Shown here piece by piece: positions 8,554 to 16,106 of a stretch of DNA of 20,000 bases. The stretch is from an uncultured virus (IMG/VR IMGVR_UViG_3300045609_000049) (lineage: Duplodnaviria; Heunggongvirae; Uroviricota; Caudoviricetes). The notes below the pieces were generated by a model. It was given only the letters and a program-made list of their open reading frames with translations, was not told the DNA's origin and ran no database searches. The DNA is taken from IMG/VR virus record IMGVR_UViG_3300045609_000049. One strand, 5' to 3'. Position 1 is the first letter of the stretch. Every line of letters begins with the position of its first letter. The position numbers were made by a program, and so were the translations under genes.

Positions 8554-8919
8554 ATGCAATATGCAGAATTAGAAGAACATTTAACGTTCTTTGATAACGC
8601 CGCTAAAGCTTATGAACAATATAGTCATGGAAATTCTGAAAATGATATGGAATATGCTGGATTTATTTCTGGAGATTTACATGAAACACATGAAATTCTC
8701 TTATATGCACTTTCTGATTCTAGAGAAAACTATGATGCAGTTACAAAGTTTTTAGAGGAGCATTGTCCTAATACATTTAATATCATGATTGCAAACTTAG
8801 CTAGTCGTCCAGATGATTACGAGGCACTTTACGATCTCTGCAGAGAAATTAACATTAGAAAAGAAGATAACTTTGAATTTCCTGAAGATTGTTTGCAAAA
8901 GATCAAAATCTATAAGTGA
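8554..8919 (+). CDS. Hypothetical acidic protein, 121 aa
   Basis: RBS AAGGAGG, ATG 8554. Confidence 0.75.
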   Translation: MQYAELEEHLTFFDNAAKAYEQYSHGNSENDMEYAGFISGDLHETHEILLYALSDSRENYDAVTKFLEEHCPNTFNIMIANLASRPDDYEALYDLCREINIRKEDNFEFPEDCLQKIKIYK

Positions 8920-8929
8920 GGTGAATATT

Positions 8930-9031
8930 ATGAAAAATGCGTTAGAAAAGCTTGTAGAATTTGCAGAAGAATCTGGTACAGATAATGTAACATTTACTGT
9001 AGAGTTATATGTTAAGGGGGCAGTAAGATGA
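8930..9031 (+). CDS. Small hypothetical protein, 33 aa
   Basis: RBS GAGGTG, ATG 8930; the stop overlaps the next start as ATGA (9028-9031). Confidence 0.55.
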   Translation: MKNALEKLVEFAEESGTDNVTFTVELYVKGAVR

Positions 9032-9349
9032 CCTATAGAGAACTAAAGCCCCCTATTAAGAGGTTTATATTATGTAAACTTTGATTATGATATTTTATGT
9101 GATTTTGCTGAAAAGGCTGGATTCAATCTTATGAATGAACGAATCTTTGAACATTATGGACCACATGAAGCATATTTAGACGGTCTTGTGGACGATGAAC
9201 CTATATCAATTATGGATCCAGCTTGGGAAAATCTTGAACATTTGTCTAATGATAATTTTGTAAAAGATATATCACTTGATCGTTATACAGTTGATAAGAT
9301 TGAAGCTGATGACGAACATGGAATGGTGGTTCACCTTGTTCATGAATAA
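9028..9349 (+). pseudogene. Hypothetical protein (~106 aa) with a +1 frameshift in C5 (9049-9053)
   Basis: ATG 9028 is coupled to the upstream stop. MTYRELKP continues as LLRGLYYVNFDYDILCDFAEKAGFNL into ORF 9131..9349 if one C is removed. ATG 9131 has no RBS. Confidence 0.6.
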
Positions 9350-9361
9350 GGAGGAGTTATT

Positions 9362-9835
9362 ATGAGCAGAATTATTTCATATGAAGAGGCTTATGCTTTA
9401 ACTAGAGTATGGGATGATGTTGATATTGCAAATACACCTATTTTCAAAGAAGCAGCAGAAAATGGTAATGCAGACTTATATATGTGCACAACAACAAATC
9501 CGGTATCAATTGATATTATATACAAATACGAGTTAGGTACAAAAGATGGTGTTGGAATCTATATTGTTCCAAGAAAAGGTTATATCAATACTTGGGAAGC
9601 TTTTGAACAGAATGGAGACATTCGTGCTGGAGTACATCTTGCAGATGGAATTGATCCAGAAGCCAGTCTTAATGAAATTGTCAATAAGGCATTAGCAATA
9701 CTAAATATTTGTCCAGTATGTGGAAAATCAGTTCCATTTAATGAACAGCATAAATATTCATTTGCTGGCAGATGCTGTAGTGAATGTCTTCCAGCTATGA
9801 GAGAAAAGTTTGAAAAACCTGGTTGGTATGATTAA
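9362..9835 (+). CDS. Hypothetical protein with C-terminal zinc-ribbon-like motif
   Basis: RBS AAGGAGGAG; CPVCG...CCSEC. Confidence 0.75.
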   Translation: MSRIISYEEAYALTRVWDDVDIANTPIFKEAAENGNADLYMCTTTNPVSIDIIYKYELGTKDGVGIYIVPRKGYINTWEAFEQNGDIRAGVHLADGIDPEASLNEIVNKALAILNICPVCGKSVPFNEQHKYSFAGRCCSECLPAMREKFEKPGWYD

Positions 9836-9876
9836 ACAAGATGATGATTGACTATTTAATAATAATACAGATGTGA

Positions 9877-9910
9877 AAAAATGGCTTATCCGCTATGGGT
9901 AAGTCATTTT
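9877..9910 (+). terminator. Putative intrinsic terminator or regulatory hairpin
   Basis: AAAATGGCTTATCC-gctat-GGGTAAGTCATTTT stem-loop with G:U pairs, lying between genes. Confidence 0.5.
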
Positions 9911-9932
9911 AGTTATAAAAGGAGGATTTATT

Positions 9933-10364
9933 ATGTATTCACGTAAGACACTTGCAAAGTACATTGACATTGCATTAAACGCCGGCGCAGCTAATGGCAT
10001 GGTTGCTGAACTTATGAGTGAGCTGGAACAGATTCCCGTAAAAGCGGAAATAGAGGGTATGTCTCCAGCCGAAGCAAAAGAAGAGCTTAATCGTAATCTA
10101 CCGGATTATTTGCCAGATATGCTCGAAGAAGACGAAGTATATACTGAAAATCCTAAGTATAAAACAGAAGCTAGAGATTTCAATATATACGATAGTACTG
10201 GAAAGGTTATGCTTACTGTTTCTCCAGATAGAACTATCGACGGTCATGGAACATTAACATTCACTGTACCATTTTCTAGTCCTGAAGATAAGGAAGCTTT
10301 CCTTGATTTCTGTGATAGACTTCAGAAAAAGAGTGCAGTAAAATATCCAAAGAGCGAAGAATAA
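9933..10364 (+). CDS. Hypothetical protein, 143 aa
   Basis: RBS AAGGAGGA, ATG 9933. Confidence 0.75.
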   Translation: MYSRKTLAKYIDIALNAGAANGMVAELMSELEQIPVKAEIEGMSPAEAKEELNRNLPDYLPDMLEEDEVYTENPKYKTEARDFNIYDSTGKVMLTVSPDRTIDGHGTLTFTVPFSSPEDKEAFLDFCDRLQKKSAVKYPKSEE

Positions 10365-10610
10365 TTTTAGGAGGCGATAATCGTGTTTGATTATAATAAA
10401 GTAGATTGGCACAAGAATGGTGGTAAAGCTAAGCTTGACTTCTTTTCTTGTGACTTTAACGTAGAAGATAATTGCAATATTGTAACTTTCCATATTGTAG
10501 CATTTAATTGCAATGGTACAGATCTAAATTGCGCCGCAGACGATATTTTTAAAGCAAACGAAGTAGAAATCCACTAAGTCTTTAGCTTAGTGGATGAATA
10601 CGAGGTAATT

Positions 10611-11009
10611 ATGTCAAATTATAAAAGTAAAAATCATAGTAAATTTACTCTAAAATATCATATTATATTTGTTTGTAAATATCGTAAGAAATTATTAATT
10701 AAATATGGAGAAGAAATAAAACAAATTATAAAAGATATTTCATATAAATATGATTTTGATATTTTAGAAATTGAAGTAGATAAAGACCATATTCATATTT
10801 TAGTTGATAGTGAACCTAAATTATCTCCGTTAATGATAGTGAGAGTTCTTAAGCAACAATCAACTATAATTCTGTATGGCAGGCATCATACAGAATTAAA
10901 AAGACACTTCTGGAAAGAAAATACCTTTTGGACGGACGGATATTTTTGTTCAACAATAGGCGAAGTTAGTAGTAAAACTTTAGAAAAATATATTCAAAAT
11001 CAAGGATAA
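10611..11009 (+). CDS. tnpA: Y1 HUH transposase TnpA
   Basis: LKYHIIFVCKYRK, HUH motif DHIHIL, FWTDGYFCSTIG, catalytic Tyr in KYIQNQG. RBS GAGGT 10602-10606. Confidence 0.95.
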   Translation: MSNYKSKNHSKFTLKYHIIFVCKYRKKLLIKYGEEIKQIIKDISYKYDFDILEIEVDKDHIHILVDSEPKLSPLMIVRVLKQQSTIILYGRHHTELKRHFWKENTFWTDGYFCSTIGEVSSKTLEKYIQNQG

Positions 11010-11013
11010 ATAC

Positions 11014-11044
11014 TTGACAAAAATTAATTAAAATGTGTTATAAT
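11014..11044 (+). promoter_or_regulatory. Putative tnpB promoter
   Basis: TTGACA 11014-11019 and extended -10 TGtTATAAT 11036-11044. The 19-nt spacer is long, so the extended -10 is the stronger evidence. Confidence 0.55.
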
Positions 11045-11071
11045 AAATATAGAAAGAGAGGTGAATTAGAA

Positions 11072-12163
11072 ATGGCAAACAAGGCTTATAAATTCAGATT
11101 ATATCCTAATAATGAGCAAGAAATTCTTTTCAATAAAACTTTTGGATGTGTTAGATTTATTTTTAATAAAATGCTTGGTGATAAAATTGAGTATTATAAA
11201 GAAACAAAAGAGAAGTTAAATAATACACCTGCACAGTACAAAAAAGAATTTGAATGGCTTAAAGAAGTTGATAGTTTGGCTCTTGCAAATGCTCAACTGA
11301 ATTTACAAACAGCTTATAATAATTTCTTCAGAAACACAAAAGCTGGTTTCCCTAAATTTAAGTCAAAGAAAAGAAATAAGTTTTCGTACACAACAAATAA
11401 TCAGAATGGGACTGTTGCTATCGTTGAAGGAAAGTTAAAACTTCCTAAGGTCGGACTGGTAAAAATGAAACAGCACAGGATTATTCCATCTGACCAAAAG
11501 ATAAAATCGGCAACCATTTCAAAAACACCCTCTGGAAAATATTATGTTTCTGTTCTCGTTGAATATGAACAATACATACCAAATATTCAGCTTGATAAAG
11601 ATAAAGTATTAGGATTAGATTACGCAAGTCATAGTTTCTATGTCGATAGTCAAGGCAGAGAAGCTGATTACCCACGTTTCTATCGTAATGCTCAAAACAA
11701 ACTTGCAAAAGAACAACGTAAACTTTCACTTATGAAATACGGCAGTAACAACTATTATAAGCAAAAAGTGGTTGTTGCAAAAATTCACGAGCATATAGCA
11801 AATCAACGCAAAGACTTCATTCATAAATTAAGCACCCAGCTTGCTAATGAATATGATTATATTTGCGTTGAGGATATAAATATGCAGGGCATGGCACAGT
11901 CACTCAAACTTGGTAAATCAACAAATGATAATGGGTTTGGAATGTTTAGAACAATTATTGGTTACAAACTTTTTGACAGAGGAAAACAGTTGATTAAGAT
12001 TGACAAATGGTTTCCATCAAGTAAAATGTGTAGGCATTGTGGAGCAATAAATAAAGATTTGACACTTGCTGACAGAGTTTGGACTTGTGAATGTGGTGCA
12101 GTTATCAATCGTGATGAAAATGCAGCTATAAATATAATGAATGTCGGACTAAGCACGGTCTGA
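11072..12163 (+). CDS. tnpB: RNA-guided endonuclease TnpB
   Basis: KAYKFRLYPN N-terminus; RuvC D/E/D in GLDY, CVEDIN and NRDENAAIN; Zn finger CRHC...CECG. RBS GAGAGGTG, ATG 11072. Confidence 0.95.
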   Translation: MANKAYKFRLYPNNEQEILFNKTFGCVRFIFNKMLGDKIEYYKETKEKLNNTPAQYKKEFEWLKEVDSLALANAQLNLQTAYNNFFRNTKAGFPKFKSKKRNKFSYTTNNQNGTVAIVEGKLKLPKVGLVKMKQHRIIPSDQKIKSATISKTPSGKYYVSVLVEYEQYIPNIQLDKDKVLGLDYASHSFYVDSQGREADYPRFYRNAQNKLAKEQRKLSLMKYGSNNYYKQKVVVAKIHEHIANQRKDFIHKLSTQLANEYDYICVEDINMQGMAQSLKLGKSTNDNGFGMFRTIIGYKLFDRGKQLIKIDKWFPSSKMCRHCGAINKDLTLADRVWTCECGAVINRDENAAINIMNVGLSTV

Positions 12164-12295
12164 TAGTACAGATATATAAAGAACCGTAGGAACTACGGGG
12201 ATAGCCTGTTGATACTTATATCATTAGATAGATTGAGCAGGAAGCCAATTGGTCTTTAGCCAATTGGTAGTTCACTGGTCCATTTACAATTAAGT
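12164..12295 (+). ncRNA. Predicted TnpB omegaRNA (reRNA) scaffold plus flank-derived guide
   Basis: Hairpin CCGTAGGAACTACGG, GGATAGCCTG...CAGGAAGCC and the right-end hairpin. The guide is predicted to start at 12276 (TGGTCCATTTACAATT...). The 5' boundary is uncertain. Confidence 0.65.
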
Positions 12296-12510
12296 TTAAT
12301 AGACCACTTCGTCTGGCCGGTATTAGAGAAGTTACTTATGACGAAGAAGATGCCACGTTAATTATTGATGGAGAGCAGTATAGACCTATGTATTCGGATA
12401 TAATCTATTTCTGTGGAGATTTTCAAGCAGAAGAAAAACAGGCATTAGGTAACTTAATGAAACGTTTGGCAGAATACATAAAATTAAATTATGTATAAAG
12501 AAAGGAAATT

Positions 12511-12621
12511 ATGAATGTGGCAGTTATAGCATTGTGTGTAGCTATTGTGACATTCGTTTTACAAGAAGGAATTACAAATATATGGAGCAGGAAAATTATT
12601 ATAGGAGGAAAATTATGCTAA
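12511..12621 (+). CDS. Small single-pass membrane protein, 36 aa
   Basis: RBS GAAAGGA; MNVAVIALCVAIVTFVLQEGITNIWSRKIIIGGKLC; the stop overlaps the next start. Confidence 0.55.
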   Translation: MNVAVIALCVAIVTFVLQEGITNIWSRKIIIGGKLC

Positions 12622-13079
12622 ATATTTTAGAAAAAGTTTTTAAGCGTAAAGGAGGTGATCTAAATACGAGTGGAACAACCATGGATAAGAATATGATCTT
12701 TACCCATAATTGTGCTGCTCGTATTTAGGTCGTAGCAGGACGTTTGGAACAGACCGCTTCAATGATGGCACTTGGTTCAACATTAGGTACAACAGTAGAT
12801 GGTACTCATAAAGGTGCAGGTATCACTAAGATGCAAGGTCAAATTTCTCGTGTTCAGTATTATTTTGAACAACAGAAATGGATCAATGAAACTTATTTTA
12901 GACAGAGAGGTCTTGATGATTTAGGTTACTTAAATGGTGCATCTGCACAGGTATCAGATGATGTTGAGCTTGAGGGAGATATTGATCTTGATAATATGAA
13001 CTCCACAACTGTTATAGATTTTGATGGAGAGCATGCAGAAATTGATTCTCGTAAAGACCAGAAATTTGAAGAAATTTAA
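12615..13079 (+). pseudogene. ~154-aa hypothetical gene with one in-frame TAG (12726-12728)
   Basis: RBS AGGAGG, ATG 12615. ORFs 12534..12728 and 12744..13079 share a frame: HNCAARI*VVAGRLEQTASMM. Confidence 0.6.
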
Positions 13080-13099
13080 AAAATTTTTGTCTAAAACTA

Positions 13100-13128
13100 T
13101 TTATATTTTGTTAGATGCATGTTATAAT
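13100..13128 (+). promoter_or_regulatory. Sigma70/SigA-type promoter
   Basis: TTTATA 13100-13105, 17-nt spacer, TGtTATAAT 13120-13128. It has the same upstream AAAACTA context as the 1072 promoter. Confidence 0.55.
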
Positions 13129-13216
13129 TATATAGATACAGAAATTATTCAATTTGATGATATATTTTAAAAGACTATTTAATTATAATAATACTTGTTT
13201 TAGAAAGGAAATTATT

Positions 13217-13738
13217 ATGGCAGATACAGTAGAAAAAGTGAACGGTACTTGGACAGACGGTAAACCATATAGTATTAAAAAGATATGGGGAAAGAATCCC
13301 AGATGGGAAGGCCATGAATTTTCGGCAGAAGAGGCAGCTAAATTATTCGCAGGTGAAACCATTGAATTTGATGCTATTTCTAAAGCCGGAAAGCAGTATA
13401 AGGCAAAAGGATTGCTTGCAATGCAGTCATTTACAGATGATGAAGGCAATACACATGAATATTTAGGATTTACACTTAAATTTGATGACCAGAAAGAATC
13501 CACAGACGATGTAGAGCGATTTACAGGTATGTGGGATGGTAAAGACGTAAAAGTAAAGAGAGTTTGGGGCGAGCACAGATTTACTGATGAAGAAGTAGCT
13601 CATTTGCTCGCTGGAGATACTATTAAGTTCCAAGCTAAATCACAACGCACTGGTAATTACTATACAGCAGAAGGTAAGTTAGCTGAACAGGAATACAGTG
13701 GAAACAAATTTATAGGTTTCAAACCTAACTTTGGTTAA
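13217..13738 (+). CDS. Stand-alone protein with two topoisomerase-III C-terminal-repeat-like domains
   Basis: Internal duplication: IKKIWG..HEFSAEEAAKLFAGETIEFDAISKAGKQYKAKGLL versus VKRVWGEHRFTDEEVAHLLAGDTIKFQAKSQRTGNYYTAEGKL. RBS GAAAGGA, ATG 13217. Confidence 0.65.
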   Translation: MADTVEKVNGTWTDGKPYSIKKIWGKNPRWEGHEFSAEEAAKLFAGETIEFDAISKAGKQYKAKGLLAMQSFTDDEGNTHEYLGFTLKFDDQKESTDDVERFTGMWDGKDVKVKRVWGEHRFTDEEVAHLLAGDTIKFQAKSQRTGNYYTAEGKLAEQEYSGNKFIGFKPNFG

Positions 13739-13796
13739 TTACAGAAATGGATTATCAGTGAAGTATTACTAAAAGGAGGACAATATGCAAACAGTA

Positions 13797-14085
13797 GTGA
13801 ACGAATTACCGCTTAAAAGCGGGTAATCTTCTTTGTTCACAAGTCTCAGCTACAGAAATGTAGGCTACGTTATTTAAGTTATAACACCCTCGGTTGTCGC
13901 CCTAGACCGTTGCTCTGTTGCTTAGTATTAAGTTGGAATTAAACAAGAGTCCTGTGTGCTAAGTGTAAAAAGCTTTTATAACATTGACGAAGGGAAGTCC
14001 TAATTTTAGTTTGGTAACAGAACTAAAACAGGCGTATGAGCTTATTAATGTGCTCGCTTTACAGCATTAGAACATTAAAATATAT
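13797..14085 (+). ncRNA. IscB omegaRNA (HEARO-like) scaffold
   Basis: About 300-nt structured non-coding region before iscB. GTGAAC (13797) pairs with GTTCAC (13835-13840). It contains CTACA-GAAA-TGTAG-GCTACGTT and AACATTGACGAAGGG, motifs typical of IscB omegaRNAs. The 3' end is approximate. Confidence 0.75.
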
Positions 14086-14100
14086 TTAAGGAGGTTCTTT

Positions 14101-15385
14101 ATGAAAATAGCCGCATGCGTATTAGACATTAATAGCAATCCGCTTATGCCAATGTCTAGTTTTAAGCGTGTTCGTAAATTATTGAAAAATAACAAAGCTA
14201 AAGTGGTTCGTAGAGAACCTTTTACTATCAGGCTACTTTATAAGACAAAGACTAACGTAGTTCAATCAATTACATTAGGGGGTTGACACAGGTTCATCAA
14301 AAGTAGGTTTAGCAGCTATTACGAATAACGCAGTAGTTTACGCAGCTGAAGTAGAAATTAGAAATGATATAAGTAAGAAAATGGATGCTAGGCGCGATCA
14401 TAGACGCTCAAGAAGAATCAGAAAAACAAGATACAGGACAGCAAGATGGTTAAATCGTAAAAATTCAATTAAGAAAGATAGATTTAGTCCTACTATGATT
14501 AGTAAGATTAATTCTCACATTAGAGAAATTGAGTTTGTAAAATCTATTTTACCAATAAGTAAATTGGTTTTAGAAACTGGAACTTTTGATCCGCACCTGT
14601 TAAAGATGGAGGGTAAACCGTTTAATCGACATTGGGGCTACCAAAAAGGACCTAATTACGGATTTGGAAATGCGAAGGCAGCCTGTCTAAATAGGGATAA
14701 CTATACATGTCAATGCTGTAAAACTAAAAAAGGCACTCTACATGCACATCATATAGTTTACAGGTGAAACGGTGGTGCAGATACTTTAGATAATTTAATC
14801 ACGCTTTGTGAGGCTTGCCACAAGAAGTTACATGAAGGCAAGTTACAGACGTTTGAGTCAAACATCATAGGTAAAAAGAGGGGTACACTAAAACATGCTA
14901 CACAAATGAATAGTATCAGAAAACAGCTTTTACATAGATACCATGACGCTATAGAAACATTTGGCTATATAACTAAGGAGAACCGACAACTACTCTGTTT
15001 ACCTAAATCACACATAATTGATGCTTGTGTAATTGCAAGTCAAGGCAAAATGTTTGATTGGGATTTATGGTATTTTAAGAAAAAACATGTTGCAAAAGGT
15101 GATTATCAATTAACAAAAGGCATTCGGTGCGAACAAAAGATACCAACAGGTAAAATATATGGATTTAGAAAATTTGATAAGGTTAAATATTTAGGCAAAG
15201 AATATTTCATTAAAGGTAGAATGAGTAGTGGATTTGCAATTCTAATGGATATAGACAGTGTAAAAATCGATTTTAGCGATATGCCTAGAGGGCAGAAAAC
15301 CCCTAAAATGATTAATTTCAAAAGAATACGGGCAAGGAGCACTACATTATGTACAAGACAAAGAACCACTCTAAATACAGCCTAA
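14101..15385 (+). pseudogene. iscB: IscB (PLMP-RuvC-BH-HNH) with a frameshift and a premature stop
   Basis: PLMP motif; RuvC-I LGVDTGS broken by an extra G in G5 (14278-14282); Arg-rich bridge helix; LVLETGTFD; HNH CQCC...HHIVYR*NGG...DNLITLCEACH with TGA 14765-14767; RuvC-III SHIIDAC. Confidence 0.9.
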
Positions 15386-15744
15386 TAGCGCATTTTGTTT
15401 TTGTTGTAAAATATAGACATCCATTGTTGGTAGACCTAGGTGATTATACAGTATTACTAATTAAAGACGCATGTAAAAAATATAATTATAGTTTAATAAT
15501 ATGTGAAACACATATAGATCATATTCATGTACTCTTAGAGTATAATCCTAATGATAGTATAAACATAGTAGTTAAAAATTTGAAACAATATACAACATAT
15601 TACCTACGAAAGAATTATGATAGTATAATTTCAAAATATATCTATGGTAGTAGACGATTTTGGTCAAAAGGGTATTTTGTATGTAGCATAGGAAGAGGAG
15701 CTAGTTATGAAACAATTAAACGATACATTGAAGATCAAGGATAA
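15349..15744 (+). CDS. tnpA: Y1 HUH transposase TnpA of the IscB element
   Basis: LIAHFVFVVKYR, DHIHVL, FWSKGYFVCSIG, RYIEDQG. Overlaps the iscB 3' end by 37 nt. Confidence 0.9.
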   Translation: MYKTKNHSKYSLIAHFVFVVKYRHPLLVDLGDYTVLLIKDACKKYNYSLIICETHIDHIHVLLEYNPNDSINIVVKNLKQYTTYYLRKNYDSIISKYIYGSRRFWSKGYFVCSIGRGASYETIKRYIEDQG

Positions 15745-16106
15745 ACGGTCATTCATATTACCACCTAAAGGTAGTAATTTTTCTGACTGGAGGAGTATAA
15801 ACATATTCTCTGACGAGATTTCAAATTACGAGGATCAACTTCGTTATAAAGAGAAGTTTCTAGAAAAATTTGGTGATATCATTGACGCTGATGACCTATT
15901 TTATTTTGATAACGCTGATATTTGCGACGGTACTACTAGTGAAACTATAAAAGGTGTTAAACTTGAAAGAGATTCTTGGAATCGAATTACTCAAGTTCTC
16001 ATTAAATATTTCCACTTAGACTTATAAGGAGGTATTGTAATGGTTTCAGACGAACAGTTAAATGAGCTAAAAGATACGTTCACTCATAAGTATTATATTG
16101 TTTTTG

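Larger units (their letters stand above)
10553..12275 (+). mobile_element. IS200/IS605-family element (tnpA + tnpB), apparently intact, 1723 bp
   Basis: Inserted 3' of TTTAA (10548-10552) and ends in TTCAC (12271-12275). Subterminal hairpins at 10569-10595 and 12244-12268 share the loop TCTTTAG. No target duplication. Confidence 0.9.
10383..12498 (+). pseudogene. 130-aa hypothetical gene split by the IS605-type element (10383-10552 + 12276-12498)
   Basis: RBS AGGAGG, GTG 10383. Removing 10553-12275 gives ...AADDIF-N-GPFTIKFNRPLRLAGIREVTYDEED...KLNYV* in frame. Confidence 0.8.
13797..15796 (+). mobile_element. ISC-type IS200/IS605 element: omegaRNA + iscB + tnpA, 2000 bp
   Basis: Related subterminal palindromes ATTACCGCTTAAAAGCGGGTAAT (13805-13827) and ATTACCACCTAAAGGTAGTAAT (15757-15778). 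The 3' flank begins ATAAA. Excision restores the host ORF. Confidence 0.85.
13785..16027 (+). pseudogene. 80-aa hypothetical gene split by the IscB element (13785-13796 + 15797-16027)
   Basis: RBS AAGGAGGA. ATG CAA ACA GTA joined to ATA AAC ATA TTC gives MQTVINIFSDEISNYEDQLRY...HLDL*. Confidence 0.75.

Noticed and set aside
10383..10577. 64-aa ORF as a complete gene
   Set aside because: Its last codons derive from the IS left end; the true 3' half is at 12276-12498.
15707..15796. N-terminal part of ORF 15707..16027, and GGAGG at the element end as a rescue RBS
   Set aside because: The sequence belongs to tnpA and the element end. No ATG/GTG/TTG lies at a suitable distance from GGAGG.
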